Part shown: piece by piece, positions 11,139 through 20,553 of the stretch
Layout of the letters: each line of letters opens with the position of its first letter
Numbering within the stretch: the first letter of the stretch is position 1
Assembly (NCBI GenBank): GCA_003230015.1
Contig: QIGO01000221.1
Coordinates: 2,449-66,448 of the forward strand
Direction: 5' to 3'
Origin: Alphaproteobacteria bacterium
GTDB lineage: Bacteria > Pseudomonadota > Alphaproteobacteria > UBA6615
DNA: 64,000 bases
The notes under the pieces: generated by a model
Databases searched by the model: none
The model's input: the letters and a program-made list of their open reading frames with translations, nothing else
What the model was told of the DNA's origin: nothing
Position numbers and translations under genes: made by a program

Positions 11139-11711
11139 TTACTCGGCGAGGTCTTCCAGTTGCCCTGAAATCTTTACCGTTGGAACCCGCTTATTGAGCT
11201 GTTCCAGGGCCGGGTCCGTCAAGTCGAACACGTTGCGGGCGACCACGACTTGCGATTGCGCCAGCACCACATCGACCCCTCGCTCAATCGCGATCTTGGC
11301 AATTTCCTCCAGCGCAAAGGTCTGGATCCGTTCCATTGTGCCCTCGAGGGCTTCGTCAAGGGTCTGTCGTACCGACCGCACCCGCTGCTGCAGTTCGGCG
11401 GCACGGCCCTGAAATTCCTTCACATTCTGCGCGAAGACCTCCGCCGAGACAAGCGCGCGCTGCTGCTGCAGCCCTTGATCCTCCTCGCGCAGCTTATTCT
11501 CTCTTTCGGTGATATCCTGTTGCACTTTCACGGAGAGTTCCTGCAGCTGTTCCCGGGCCGAGACGACCGCGGTCGCTTCGGTCATGATCCGTTCCAGGTT
11601 AACCACGGCGATAACGGCGGGCTCGCTGAGATCCTGTGCCTCGGCAGACCCTTGCCCCAATGCCATGGCCGCGCCAACAAAGGCACCGATTGCCAAGCGC
11701 GAAAGTCTCAT
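11139..11711 (-). CDS. skp: OmpH/Skp periplasmic chaperone
   Basis: Signal peptide, IAVVNLERI, long coiled coil, C-terminal DLT; sits between bamA and lpxD. Confidence 0.88.
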   Translation of the reverse strand: MRLSRLAIGAFVGAAMALGQGSAEAQDLSEPAVIAVVNLERIMTEATAVVSAREQLQELSVKVQQDITERENKLREEDQGLQQQRALVSAEVFAQNVKEFQGRAAELQQRVRSVRQTLDEALEGTMERIQTFALEEIAKIAIERGVDVVLAQSQVVVARNVFDLTDPALEQLNKRVPTVKISGQLEDLAE

Positions 11712-11713
11712 AC

Positions 11714-14020
11714 CTAGAACCTCGTACCGAAGCTGAACCGAAACACTTCGGTCCTGTCGAAATCTTCTTTCAGCACCGCCTGCGCCAGGTCGAGACGCGC
11801 TGGTCCTAAGGGCGAGCGCCAGGACAGCCCAACACCAACCGAGGCCCTGATACTACCCGTATCGACAATACCCGTCCCGCTATCATCGACCGATGTCAGT
11901 GTACCAAAATCCGAAAACACCCGGGCGGTGATGCCCAGCTCCTCCGGTAGACCCAGCGGAAACTGTAGCTCGGCGGAGCCGGTCGCCGAAAGATTACCGC
12001 CAATCGCGTCATCCGTCACTATATCTCGTGGTCCCACGCCAGCACTGCTAAAGCCGCGCAGATTACTGTCGCCCACGAAAAATCGGTCCACCAGTCTGAC
12101 ATCTTCCCCAATTCCGACGATATAGCCCACTTCCCCGCGCAAGCTAGCCACCACGGAGGTATCGAACATCGGCAGAAAATAGCCCGCACCAAGCACATTC
12201 CGCAAATAGCTCACCGAGCCCCCGAGCCCGGCCACGTCGATTTGATACTTGCCAAAATAGCCATCCGTAGGCTCGGTCCGCCTGTCCAGGGCATCATAGA
12301 AAAACTCGTTGCTGATCACCGATGTAATGGCACTTCCCGCTTGCGACTGAATGACCCGCGACGCCGTGGCCTTGACATTGGCGATCTCTGTCCGCTCCAG
12401 CCCGTAGCGGATGTTATGGCGAATAGCATCGGTCAGTTGATAGCCTGACCGCAGGCCGACACCCGTGGCATCTTCCTCGAACGAGCTTTCATCCAGCAAA
12501 TCCGTGAGCCGGCGGAACACGTCAAATCCGGCGGTAAGGTCGCGATCGAGAAAGTACGGCTCGGTAAATCTCAGATCGATCTGCTGTTGTTTTTGCGCCA
12601 GCGTAAGGCCCAAGCGCAAATCTTGCCCTCGACCCAGTAAATTCCGCTCGCGTATGGAAACATCGCTCAGCAAGCCGGCCGTGGTGGAGAAACCCGCGCC
12701 CAGCGTCAGATCACCGGTCGACTGCTCCTCCACATCGACCGTGATAATCGTCCGATCCTCTTCCGACCCGGATCCCGTTTGCACTTCGACTTTGCTGAAA
12801 AAGCCCAGATTACCGAGACTTCGGCGCGAGCGCTGGAGTTTGGCGGTGCTGAAGGCATCCCCTTCCACGAGCCGGAATTCCCGCCGGATTACCTTATCCA
12901 GGGTGCGAACATTGCCGTTGATATCGATGCGTTCCACATACACCCGTGGCCCTTCGTTGACCTCATAGGTGATGTCGATCACCCGCGCGTCCCTGTCGCG
13001 GCTCACGCGGGGCCTTATATCGACAAAGGCGAATCCGCGCGCGCCAATGGCGTCGCTGAGCACGTTGATTGTTTCATCCACCTGTTCGGCGTCGTACCAC
13101 TCGCCCCCTTCGGATATCACCAGCGCCTTGAGTTCATCCGCGCTGATGTCCTTAAGGGAGCTTTCCAGGTCGATTTCGCCGAACCGATACCGCTGCCCCT
13201 CTTCGACGGTGAAGGTAATAATGAAATCCTCTTGATCCGGGGTCAGTTCCGCCACCGCCGAAGCCACCCGGAAATCCGCGTACCCCTCGGAAAGATAGAA
13301 GCGCCGCAGCAACTCCCTGTCGAAGGTCAGCCGATCCGGATCATAGGTGTCTTCAGTCGTGAAGATCTTATAAAACGCACTTTCCTCGGTCTGAATCACC
13401 CCGCGCAACGTACGATCGCTAAACAGGCTGTTGCCGATAAAACTCACCCGGCGGATGCCGGTCGCCGGCCCTTCATTGATCTCGAACACCAAATTGACGC
13501 GGTTTTGGTCCAGTTGGATCACTTTTGGATCGACCGTGGCCGCGAACCGCCCGGACCGCCGATACAACTCCAGCATCCGCGCCACGTCGGCTTGAACTTT
13601 TGTCCGGGTGAATACCACCCGCGGCCGCAGAGTGACTTCGCTTTCCAGCAATTCGTCGTCCAGGCGCTTATTGCCCTCGAAGGAGATCCTGTTGATGATC
13701 GGGTTTTCGACGACCTGAACGATCAGCCTGTCGCCTTCGCGGCGCAGCGCGACATCGGCGAAAAGGCCGGTATTGAACAGTCCCTTCAGCGAGGAATCCA
13801 TAAGCTCGACGTCAAAATCATCGCCGGGCTTGACTTCCATATAGGACATCACCGTGGCCGGATCGATCCGTTGCGTACCGACGACCTCTATTTCGCTGAT
13901 CCGTTCCTGCGCCACGGCCGGTTGATACGCCGGCAACAAGGCCGCTAGGCCAATCGCCAACCCCATGAATAATGGCCGCAATCGAACCGCCAGAATCGCT
14001 CTCGCCACCGTCCCCGGCAC
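11714..14020 (-). CDS. bamA: Outer membrane protein assembly factor BamA
   Basis: POTRA repeats (GTQRID, GN.RT.D.VIRRE), LRGF motif, C-terminal FRFSFGTRF; start uncertain. Confidence 0.97.
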   Translation of the reverse strand: MPGTVARAILAVRLRPLFMGLAIGLAALLPAYQPAVAQERISEIEVVGTQRIDPATVMSYMEVKPGDDFDVELMDSSLKGLFNTGLFADVALRREGDRLIVQVVENPIINRISFEGNKRLDDELLESEVTLRPRVVFTRTKVQADVARMLELYRRSGRFAATVDPKVIQLDQNRVNLVFEINEGPATGIRRVSFIGNSLFSDRTLRGVIQTEESAFYKIFTTEDTYDPDRLTFDRELLRRFYLSEGYADFRVASAVAELTPDQEDFIITFTVEEGQRYRFGEIDLESSLKDISADELKALVISEGGEWYDAEQVDETINVLSDAIGARGFAFVDIRPRVSRDRDARVIDITYEVNEGPRVYVERIDINGNVRTLDKVIRREFRLVEGDAFSTAKLQRSRRSLGNLGFFSKVEVQTGSGSEEDRTIITVDVEEQSTGDLTLGAGFSTTAGLLSDVSIRERNLLGRGQDLRLGLTLAQKQQQIDLRFTEPYFLDRDLTAGFDVFRRLTDLLDESSFEEDATGVGLRSGYQLTDAIRHNIRYGLERTEIANVKATASRVIQSQAGSAITSVISNEFFYDALDRRTEPTDGYFGKYQIDVAGLGGSVSYLRNVLGAGYFLPMFDTSVVASLRGEVGYIVGIGEDVRLVDRFFVGDSNLRGFSSAGVGPRDIVTDDAIGGNLSATGSAELQFPLGLPEELGITARVFSDFGTLTSVDDSGTGIVDTGSIRASVGVGLSWRSPLGPARLDLAQAVLKEDFDRTEVFRFSFGTRF

Positions 14021-14054
14021 ACTGCCCCCTCACCCATTTTGGCCCGCTCTTTCG

Positions 14055-15173
14055 TCAAGATATCAAAGCGACGAATTGCTTTATCAGCGGCAGGCGCACT
14101 AAATCGTTGAACGTGGCAAATACCATAAGCCCCAGGACGAACGCCAGCCCGATCTTGAGTCCGACATCTTGCGCCCGTTCTCCGGGAGGCTTTCCACGCA
14201 CAGCCTCGTAACCATAGAACAATAGATGACCGCCATCGAGTAAGGGAATGGGAAAAAGGTTAATCAGCCCAAGATTAATTGACAGGAAGGCCGCAAAGAT
14301 AATCAGCGAAGGCAAACCGGCGGCGGCGGCACTACCCGACATTTGCGCGATCCGGATCGGGCCGCCAAGCTCATCCGCCCCCCGGTCGCCGGAAACCATC
14401 TGCCCCAAAGCCGTTCCGGTGAGTGAAACAAGCCGTCCCGTCTCTCGTATCGCCTGCCAGACCGCCTGGAGAGGGTTCTGCCGCTTAAACACGCCGCCCA
14501 CGCCGACAATGCCAAGCACGCCGATGCTCTGCTCGTCACCAAGCAGATCCGTCTCCATCCTGACCCCTGGTGTCGCGGCAAGTTCCACCAGTCCCCCGTC
14601 CCGCTCGACGATGATTTCCACTTCCAGACCCGGATGCAGCCGGATCAGCTGCTGCACTTCTTCAAATCGCTGGATCGACCGGCCGCTGACTTCGACGATC
14701 AAATCGCCGGGCAGCAGGCCCGCCTCGGCTGCCGCCGAATTTGGCCGTACTTCGGAAACCTGCGCCGGAGTGAACGCCTGCCCGACGGTCATGAACAACA
14801 CCGCGAACACCACGATCGCGAACACGAAATTGGCAATCGGCCCCGCGGCCACGATCGCCGTTTTCTGCCCTAACCGCTTATAGAAAAACGACTCTTTCTT
14901 GTCCGCTTCACTGATTTCCTCACCGCCGTCATCATCTGGCCCCACATCGCTTTGGCCGAACATCTTGACATAGCCACCGAACGGGATGAGGCAGAATTTC
15001 CACCTTGTACCGGCTCGGTCTGTATACCCGAACAACTCCTTGCCAAAGCCGACGGCAAAGACTTCGACCCGCACGCCATTGCGCCGCGCCACCCAGTAAT
15101 GGCCGAATTCATGCACGAAAACGATCGGCGTCAGCACGACCAAGAACCAGAAAACGGTAACTATGAAGCCCAT
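14055..15173 (-). CDS. rseP: RIP metalloprotease RseP
   Basis: HEFGH zinc motif, AGPIANF, PDZ domain, NLFPIPLLDGG. Confidence 0.97.
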   Translation of the reverse strand: MGFIVTVFWFLVVLTPIVFVHEFGHYWVARRNGVRVEVFAVGFGKELFGYTDRAGTRWKFCLIPFGGYVKMFGQSDVGPDDDGGEEISEADKKESFFYKRLGQKTAIVAAGPIANFVFAIVVFAVLFMTVGQAFTPAQVSEVRPNSAAAEAGLLPGDLIVEVSGRSIQRFEEVQQLIRLHPGLEVEIIVERDGGLVELAATPGVRMETDLLGDEQSIGVLGIVGVGGVFKRQNPLQAVWQAIRETGRLVSLTGTALGQMVSGDRGADELGGPIRIAQMSGSAAAAGLPSLIIFAAFLSINLGLINLFPIPLLDGGHLLFYGYEAVRGKPPGERAQDVGLKIGLAFVLGLMVFATFNDLVRLPLIKQFVALIS

Positions 15174-15364
15174 CGCCGTATTTTCCCCGAAATTTTCGTG
15201 AAATTCCAGCTACCTGACCCGTAAAACAAAGGCCCAGCTACGCCAATTTTGATGCTACGGCCCAATACTTTCCCGGAGCCTAACAATGCTCATCCCTTCA
15301 AATCCATTACCAACAATGGTGCTACAACCCAATGATTACAACCCGATTGAGGGCCCGCATCGCT

Positions 15365-16153
15365 TCACAGAGGGGTCCTCACAAGCCACGCCGCGATCAC
15401 GAAAACCGGCGCGGCCACCAATAGTCCGTCAATCCGGTCCAATATCCCGCCATGGCCGGGAATCAGGCGCCCGAAATCCTTAACGCCGAACCGGCGTTTT
15501 GCCCAGGACGCGAAGAGGTCTCCGGCCTGTCCACTGATACCCAGCACCGCCCCAAGCAGCGGCGGCCAGGCACCCATACTGCCCGTACCGAGAACCATAC
15601 TCGCACCCCACCCGGCCACGGCCGCCGCGGTCAGCCCGCCGCCCAGTCCGGCCCAGGTCTTTTTCGGGCTGATAAGGGGTGCCAGCTTAGGCCCGCCGAT
15701 CAGCCTCCCGGCGCCATAGGCCCCTATGTCCGTCGCCCATATCACCACCAGCAGCCACAGCATCCCGTCGCGCCCGCTGCCGTCCGCGCTCAATATGGAC
15801 GCCACTGCCGCCGCCGGCAGCCCCAGATAGAGCACCCCGCCCGCCGACCAGACCGCCGGCAAACGGCGTTGCAGATCGCCGGCTGCAAACGCCAGCACCA
15901 CCGCGACCACCAGCACCGCCAAACCGGCAAACCCGCCGACCGAGCCGAAGATGATGAAGACAAGGGGTCCGCCGGCAAGTGCCACCAGTCCCGCCGCACC
16001 TTCCCGGCGCGCACACAAACGCCACCACTCGGCACCAGCCCCCGTAAGCGCCACCAACACCAGCAGCTCCAGCCAGGGAGACCCGGCCCACAGCGCCCAC
16101 AGCGCCACCCCACCAAGGGCCACCGCCGAGAATGTGCGCTTGAGAAGCTCCAT
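15365..16153 (-). CDS. cdsA: Phosphatidate cytidylyltransferase
   Basis: WATDIGAY, SPKKTWAG, GDLFAS..KR..GVKD.G..IPGHGGILDRID. Confidence 0.96.
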   Translation of the reverse strand: MELLKRTFSAVALGGVALWALWAGSPWLELLVLVALTGAGAEWWRLCARREGAAGLVALAGGPLVFIIFGSVGGFAGLAVLVVAVVLAFAAGDLQRRLPAVWSAGGVLYLGLPAAAVASILSADGSGRDGMLWLLVVIWATDIGAYGAGRLIGGPKLAPLISPKKTWAGLGGGLTAAAVAGWGASMVLGTGSMGAWPPLLGAVLGISGQAGDLFASWAKRRFGVKDFGRLIPGHGGILDRIDGLLVAAPVFVIAAWLVRTPL

Positions 16154-16159
16154 TATCGA

Positions 16160-16897
16160 TTAGGAGGCGACCTGCGCCCCATAGCGCCGCTCGCGGCTGC
16201 TGAACTCCCGTACTGCTTCAGCCAGATGGCGTTTATCGAAGTCAGGCCATAACACGTCCATAAAAATTAATTCGGCATAGGCAAGCTGCCACAGCAGAAA
16301 GTTGCTCAGCCTCTGCTCGCCGCTGGTTCGCACCAGCAGATCCGGGTCGGGTATGCCCGCTGTCGCCAGCGCCCGGCCGACCAACTCGGCGTCGATGTCC
16401 TCCGGCGCCAGATTACCCGATTGAACATCGCACGCTAACCTGCGAAACGCCTCGGTCAACTCCTGCCGGCCGCCATAACTTAACGCCACCGTCAGTTGCA
16501 GCCCGGTGTTCGCTGCCGTTCGCTGCTCCACATCTTCGATCAGGGTCACGATATCCCCTGCCAGCGCTTGCCGGTCCCCGATCACGCGGATCCTCACATT
16601 GTTACGGGCAAGTTCATCCGCTTCGCTGCGCAGGTAACGCCGCAGCAGCCCCATGAGGTCGTCGATCTCACGCACCGGCCGCTTCCAGTTCTCGGCACTG
16701 AAGCCGAACAAAGTCAGGTAGGCGATGCCAAGCTCGCCGGCGGCCTTGACGGTACGTTTTACCGCATCAGCACCCCGCCGGTGCCCGGCCGTCCGTGGCA
16801 GGCCGCGCGCCGCCGCCCAGCGGCCATTGCCATCCATGATAACCGCAACATGTTTTGGCACCCTGACCTCGATATCGCTACGAAAAAGAACAGTCAT
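16160..16897 (-). CDS. uppS: Undecaprenyl diphosphate synthase
   Basis: HVAVIMDGNGRWA, FSAENWKRP, RTSGEQRLSNFLLWQ, RERRYG. Confidence 0.97.
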   Translation of the reverse strand: MTVLFRSDIEVRVPKHVAVIMDGNGRWAAARGLPRTAGHRRGADAVKRTVKAAGELGIAYLTLFGFSAENWKRPVREIDDLMGLLRRYLRSEADELARNNVRIRVIGDRQALAGDIVTLIEDVEQRTAANTGLQLTVALSYGGRQELTEAFRRLACDVQSGNLAPEDIDAELVGRALATAGIPDPDLLVRTSGEQRLSNFLLWQLAYAELIFMDVLWPDFDKRHLAEAVREFSSRERRYGAQVAS

Positions 16898-16900
16898 GTA

Positions 16901-17455
16901 TTAGACCTGCATGATCTCCTTTTCCTTCGTCGCCAGCATTTCGTCGACTTCTTTGATGATCTTGTCGGTCAGTGCCTGAATTTCTTCGCCCCGGTCATGC
17001 TGCTCGTCCTTGGGGATTTCCCCATCTTTTTCGAGCCGCTTCAAGCTGTCCATGCCGTCGCGGCGCACATTCCGGATGGCGACGCGCGCCTGCTCCGAAT
17101 ACCGTCCCGCGACTTTCGACAACTCGGCGCGCCGCTCCTCGCTGAGCACCGGGATGGGCACGCGAATAAGCGTCCCGTCCGTTTGTGGATTCAACCCCAG
17201 ATCGGATTCCCGAATGGACTTTTCCACCGCCTTGACCATGCTGTTGTCCCAGACCTGCACAGTCAGCATACGCGGCTCCGGCACGCTGATGGAACTAACC
17301 TGATTGATCGGCATCCGCGCGCCATAGGCCTCGACGGTGATGGCTTCCAGCAGGCCGGTCGAGGCCCGCCCGGTGCGCAACCCGGCAAATTCCTTGCGCA
17401 GCACCTCGACCGCGCCATTCATGCGCCTGGTGAGGTCTTTCAGATCCGCAGACAT
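16901..17455 (-). CDS. frr: Ribosome recycling factor
   Basis: [33 protein letters not shown]. Confidence 0.98.
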   Translation of the reverse strand: MSADLKDLTRRMNGAVEVLRKEFAGLRTGRASTGLLEAITVEAYGARMPINQVSSISVPEPRMLTVQVWDNSMVKAVEKSIRESDLGLNPQTDGTLIRVPIPVLSEERRAELSKVAGRYSEQARVAIRNVRRDGMDSLKRLEKDGEIPKDEQHDRGEEIQALTDKIIKEVDEMLATKEKEIMQV

Positions 17456-17460
17456 AGCAG

Positions 17461-18186
17461 CTAAATCTCCCCTTCGATAAGAGTGTAGCGCCCTTCCCCG
17501 CAGACAACGCGAGCCATCTCGCCCGGCTCTTGAATCGAGAACACCACGATCGGAATCTCGTTTTCACGGCACAACGTAATTGCCGCCGCATCCATCAATT
17601 TCAGGTCTCGGCTCAACACCGAAAGATAGCTCAATTTGTCAATCCGCTGGGCGGTCGGATTCGTCGCCGGATCCGCGCTGTACACACCGTCGACTTTAGT
17701 GCCCTTCAGCAGGGCATCACAACCCATCTCCGAAGCCCGCAGCGCTGCCGCCGTATCCGTGGTGAAGAATGGGTTACCCGTACCGGCGGCAAAAATCACC
17801 ACCCGTTTTTTTTCCATATGGCGCACCGCGCGGCGCCGGATATAGGGCTCGCAGACTGTCGACATGGGAATCGCCGACATCACGCGCGTATGCACGGACC
17901 GAGTCTCCAGCGCGCTTTGCAGGGCCAGCGCGTTAATGACTGTCGCCATCATGCCCATATAGTCGGCCGAAGCCCGATCCATCCCCGCCGCCGCACCCGA
18001 GACCCCGCGAAAGATGTTGCCGCCGCCCACCACCAGGCAGATCTCGATTTCCATCCCATGAACGATTTTGACCTCGTCGGCGATCCGGTTGACCGTGGCC
18101 GGATCGAGGCCGAACTCGCGCTCGCCAATCAACGCCTCCCCCGAAACCTTGAGCAGTACGCGGCCGAAGATGGGTCTCTTAGACAT
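17461..18186 (-). CDS. pyrH: UMP kinase
   Basis: [37 protein letters not shown]. Confidence 0.98.
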   Translation of the reverse strand: MSKRPIFGRVLLKVSGEALIGEREFGLDPATVNRIADEVKIVHGMEIEICLVVGGGNIFRGVSGAAAGMDRASADYMGMMATVINALALQSALETRSVHTRVMSAIPMSTVCEPYIRRRAVRHMEKKRVVIFAAGTGNPFFTTDTAAALRASEMGCDALLKGTKVDGVYSADPATNPTAQRIDKLSYLSVLSRDLKLMDAAAITLCRENEIPIVVFSIQEPGEMARVVCGEGRYTLIEGEI

Positions 18187-18334
18187 GTTCTATTTTCCGC
18201 CCTGGTTGGCGGCTCACCCGTGCCGCCTGTTCACTTTGGCTGCGGGGCCCCATACCTTGGCTAGCCGCCGCGGCGGACCCTTGAGTGTTTCCAGGGTCTG
18301 GTTTTGAGCCCATCAAAACCACCCCCTGGAGCGG

Positions 18335-19258
18335 TCAGCGACTGAGTTTCGCCACCTCTGCGGCAAAATCATCCTCCTTGCGCGCCACCCCCTCGCCAAG
18401 TCCAAAGCGCATGAAGCCACCGATGGAAACCGTCGTGCCGACCCTTTCGGCCACGGCCTCGACAACTTTGGAGATCTTGCTCTCATTGTCGACAACGAAC
18501 GTCTGTTCCAACAAGACCACTTCTTCATAATACTTTCGCAACCGCCCCTCGACCATCTTGGCGATGATCTCATCGGGTCGGCCCGACGCCTTTGCCTGTT
18601 CGCTCAACACATTGCGTTCGCGCTCCAGTGCGGCCCCGTCGACCCCGTTGATATCCAGGAATTGTGGCTGCGCTGCGGCGACATGCATCGCCAGTTGTTT
18701 CCCCAAGCCTTCCAGGCCCCCGGTCTCTCCGCTTGACTGCACACTGACCAGCACCCCGATCCGCCCCAGGCCTGGCGCGCTTTGATTATGCACATAACCC
18801 GCGACGACACCTTCCGGTACCGACAAGACGCTCACCCGCCGCAGCGTTATATTCTCGCCAATCGTCGCGATCAGGTTACTCACTTCTTCGGCGATCGTCC
18901 GGCTGCCTCCCGGATAGGTGGCCTTCAGCAGGCTTTCAAGCGACCCGTCCGATGCCAGGGCGACTTCCGCGACGGCTGACACGAACTGCTGAAACTGCTC
19001 GTTCCGGGCGACAAAGTCGGTTTCGCTGTTGACCTCCACCATGGCCCCGCGCCCGCCATCGGTACGCACGCCCACGAGCCCCTCGGCGGCCACGCGCCCG
19101 GCTTTTCTTGCCGCCGCCGAAAGTCCCTTTTTCCGCAGCCAGTCAACGGCCGCGTCCATATCGCCGCCGGATTCGCTCAGCGCCTTTTTGCAGTCCATCA
19201 TGCCGGCACCGGTGGTTCCACGCAGTTCTTTTACCAGCGCAGCTGTAACTTCAGCCAT
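18335..19258 (-). CDS. tsf: Elongation factor Ts
   Basis: [37 protein letters not shown] at 19258. Confidence 0.98.
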   Translation of the reverse strand: MAEVTAALVKELRGTTGAGMMDCKKALSESGGDMDAAVDWLRKKGLSAAARKAGRVAAEGLVGVRTDGGRGAMVEVNSETDFVARNEQFQQFVSAVAEVALASDGSLESLLKATYPGGSRTIAEEVSNLIATIGENITLRRVSVLSVPEGVVAGYVHNQSAPGLGRIGVLVSVQSSGETGGLEGLGKQLAMHVAAAQPQFLDINGVDGAALERERNVLSEQAKASGRPDEIIAKMVEGRLRKYYEEVVLLEQTFVVDNESKISKVVEAVAERVGTTVSIGGFMRFGLGEGVARKEDDFAAEVAKLSR

Positions 19259-19279
19259 TCCGTATTTCCTCAAATGCCC

Positions 19280-19445
19280 TAGCAGGTTGCTGAAGAAGTC
19301 CGGCGGGAATCAAAATGAAGACATTTTTCGCAGCAATTAGGAGTAGATTTGATCGCATATCGGGAATATGCGATCAAATCTACGACGCAGTGATGCGGCA
19401 ATTGGATCATTTTGAGCCCGTCACGACTTTTTCAGCAACCTGCTA
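19280..19445. mobile_element. MITE-like palindromic element (non-autonomous, 166 bp) between rpsB and tsf
   Basis: Terminal inverted repeats TAGCAGGTTGCTGAAGAAGTC (19280-19300) and GACTTTTTCAGCAACCTGCTA (19425-19445), 20/21 match, TA at both ends; perfect 18-bp central inverted repeat 19343-19360/19366-19383; no transposase. Confidence 0.8.
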
Positions 19446-19488
19446 ACTCGGCGACCAATCAAACCCGGCCCATGCACAGGCCGAAAAA

Positions 19489-20346
19489 CTATGATGCGGG
19501 AGGTGCGCCCTCCACGGCCGGTTCGCCAGCCGCGGCGGTCACAGGTTCGGCAACAACCGCACTTTCCTCGGCAGGCGCGGTTTTCGCCCCGTCCTCACCG
19601 GCAATCTCCGGTGCTTCCGGCTCCGCCGCCGCTCCGGTATCCACCCCTGACGCGGCAAGCTCTCGCTGCAGCCCATCGATAACCGCCCCTGCGAACAAAT
19701 CGCAATAGCACCTGATGGCCCGCATGGCATCGTCATTGCCCGGCACGGGATAATCCACCGAACTCGGATCGGAGTTACTATCGACAATACCGATCACGGG
19801 AATTTTCAGCTTCCGCGCCTCATGCACGGCAATCGCCTCTTTGTTGGTATCGATGACCACCAACACGTCCGGCCGGCCGCCCATCTCTTTAATCCCGCCC
19901 AGGGCAAGTTCCAGCTTGTCGCGGCGGCGCGTCAGTTTGAGCAGCTCTTTTTTGGTCAGACCGACACTTTCGTTCGACAGCCTCTCATCGAGATCGCGCA
20001 ACGACCTGATCGAATGCGACATCGTCTTCCAGTTGGTCAGCATCCCACCGAGCCAGCGGTGGTTTACATAATACTGGCCACACCGTTTGGCCGCTTCCGC
20101 GACGATCTCGCTGGCCGCGCGTTTGGTGCCGACGAACAGCACCCGCCCGCCATTGGCGGCAACATCGCGAACTTGGTTCAGCGCCCCATACAGAATCGGC
20201 ACGGTCTGGGTAAGGTCGATAATGTGGACCCCGTTTCGGCGGCCGAATAGATACGGCGCCATTTTCGGGTTCCAGCGTCTGGTCTGGTGCCCGAAATGCA
20301 CGCCGGCTTCCAGCAGCTGGCGCATGGTGAATGTTGGGACAGCCAT
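19489..20346 (-). CDS. rpsB: 30S ribosomal protein S2
   Basis: [35 protein letters not shown]; acidic Ala/Glu C-terminal tail. Confidence 0.99.
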   Translation of the reverse strand: MAVPTFTMRQLLEAGVHFGHQTRRWNPKMAPYLFGRRNGVHIIDLTQTVPILYGALNQVRDVAANGGRVLFVGTKRAASEIVAEAAKRCGQYYVNHRWLGGMLTNWKTMSHSIRSLRDLDERLSNESVGLTKKELLKLTRRRDKLELALGGIKEMGGRPDVLVVIDTNKEAIAVHEARKLKIPVIGIVDSNSDPSSVDYPVPGNDDAMRAIRCYCDLFAGAVIDGLQRELAASGVDTGAAAEPEAPEIAGEDGAKTAPAEESAVVAEPVTAAAGEPAVEGAPPAS

Positions 20347-20460
20347 CCTATTGTCCTTTTCCGGTTGAGCCTCCGCGGGGAGTCATCGGGCAGCAAATCT
20401 GCCAGACACCGGAACGACCAATCGGGATATCTCCCCGTTGACCGAACCCCGCGTGTGGGT
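20347..20460 (-). promoter_or_regulatory. Structured rpsB 5' leader (candidate S2 autoregulatory RNA)
   Basis: Minus-strand CACACGCGGGG ... CCGGTG ... CCCCGCGGAGG..CAACCGG; CGCGGGG pairs with CCCCGCG (20447-20453 / 20374-20380); resembles alphaproteobacterial rpsB leaders as I recall them. Confidence 0.6.
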
Positions 20461-20553
20461 TAAGCGCGCAAGCGCCAGGGTGTGGGTTGGCGCGCGAGCG
20501 CCGGGGGCGTATAGCCCGGCCCTCCGCCAATTGCAAGGCATAATCGCCCCGCC

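Noticed and set aside
15251..15290. Minus-strand stretch that can be forced to read like the Dxr N-terminal SILGSTGSIG motif
   Set aside because: Needs about four indels in 40 nt; cannot be distinguished from chance without a statistical alignment
18302..19423. TTTTGAGCCC(A/G)TCA occurs both in the post-tsf hairpin and inside the MITE-like element
   Set aside because: Single 14-nt near-match with no further shared context; probably chance
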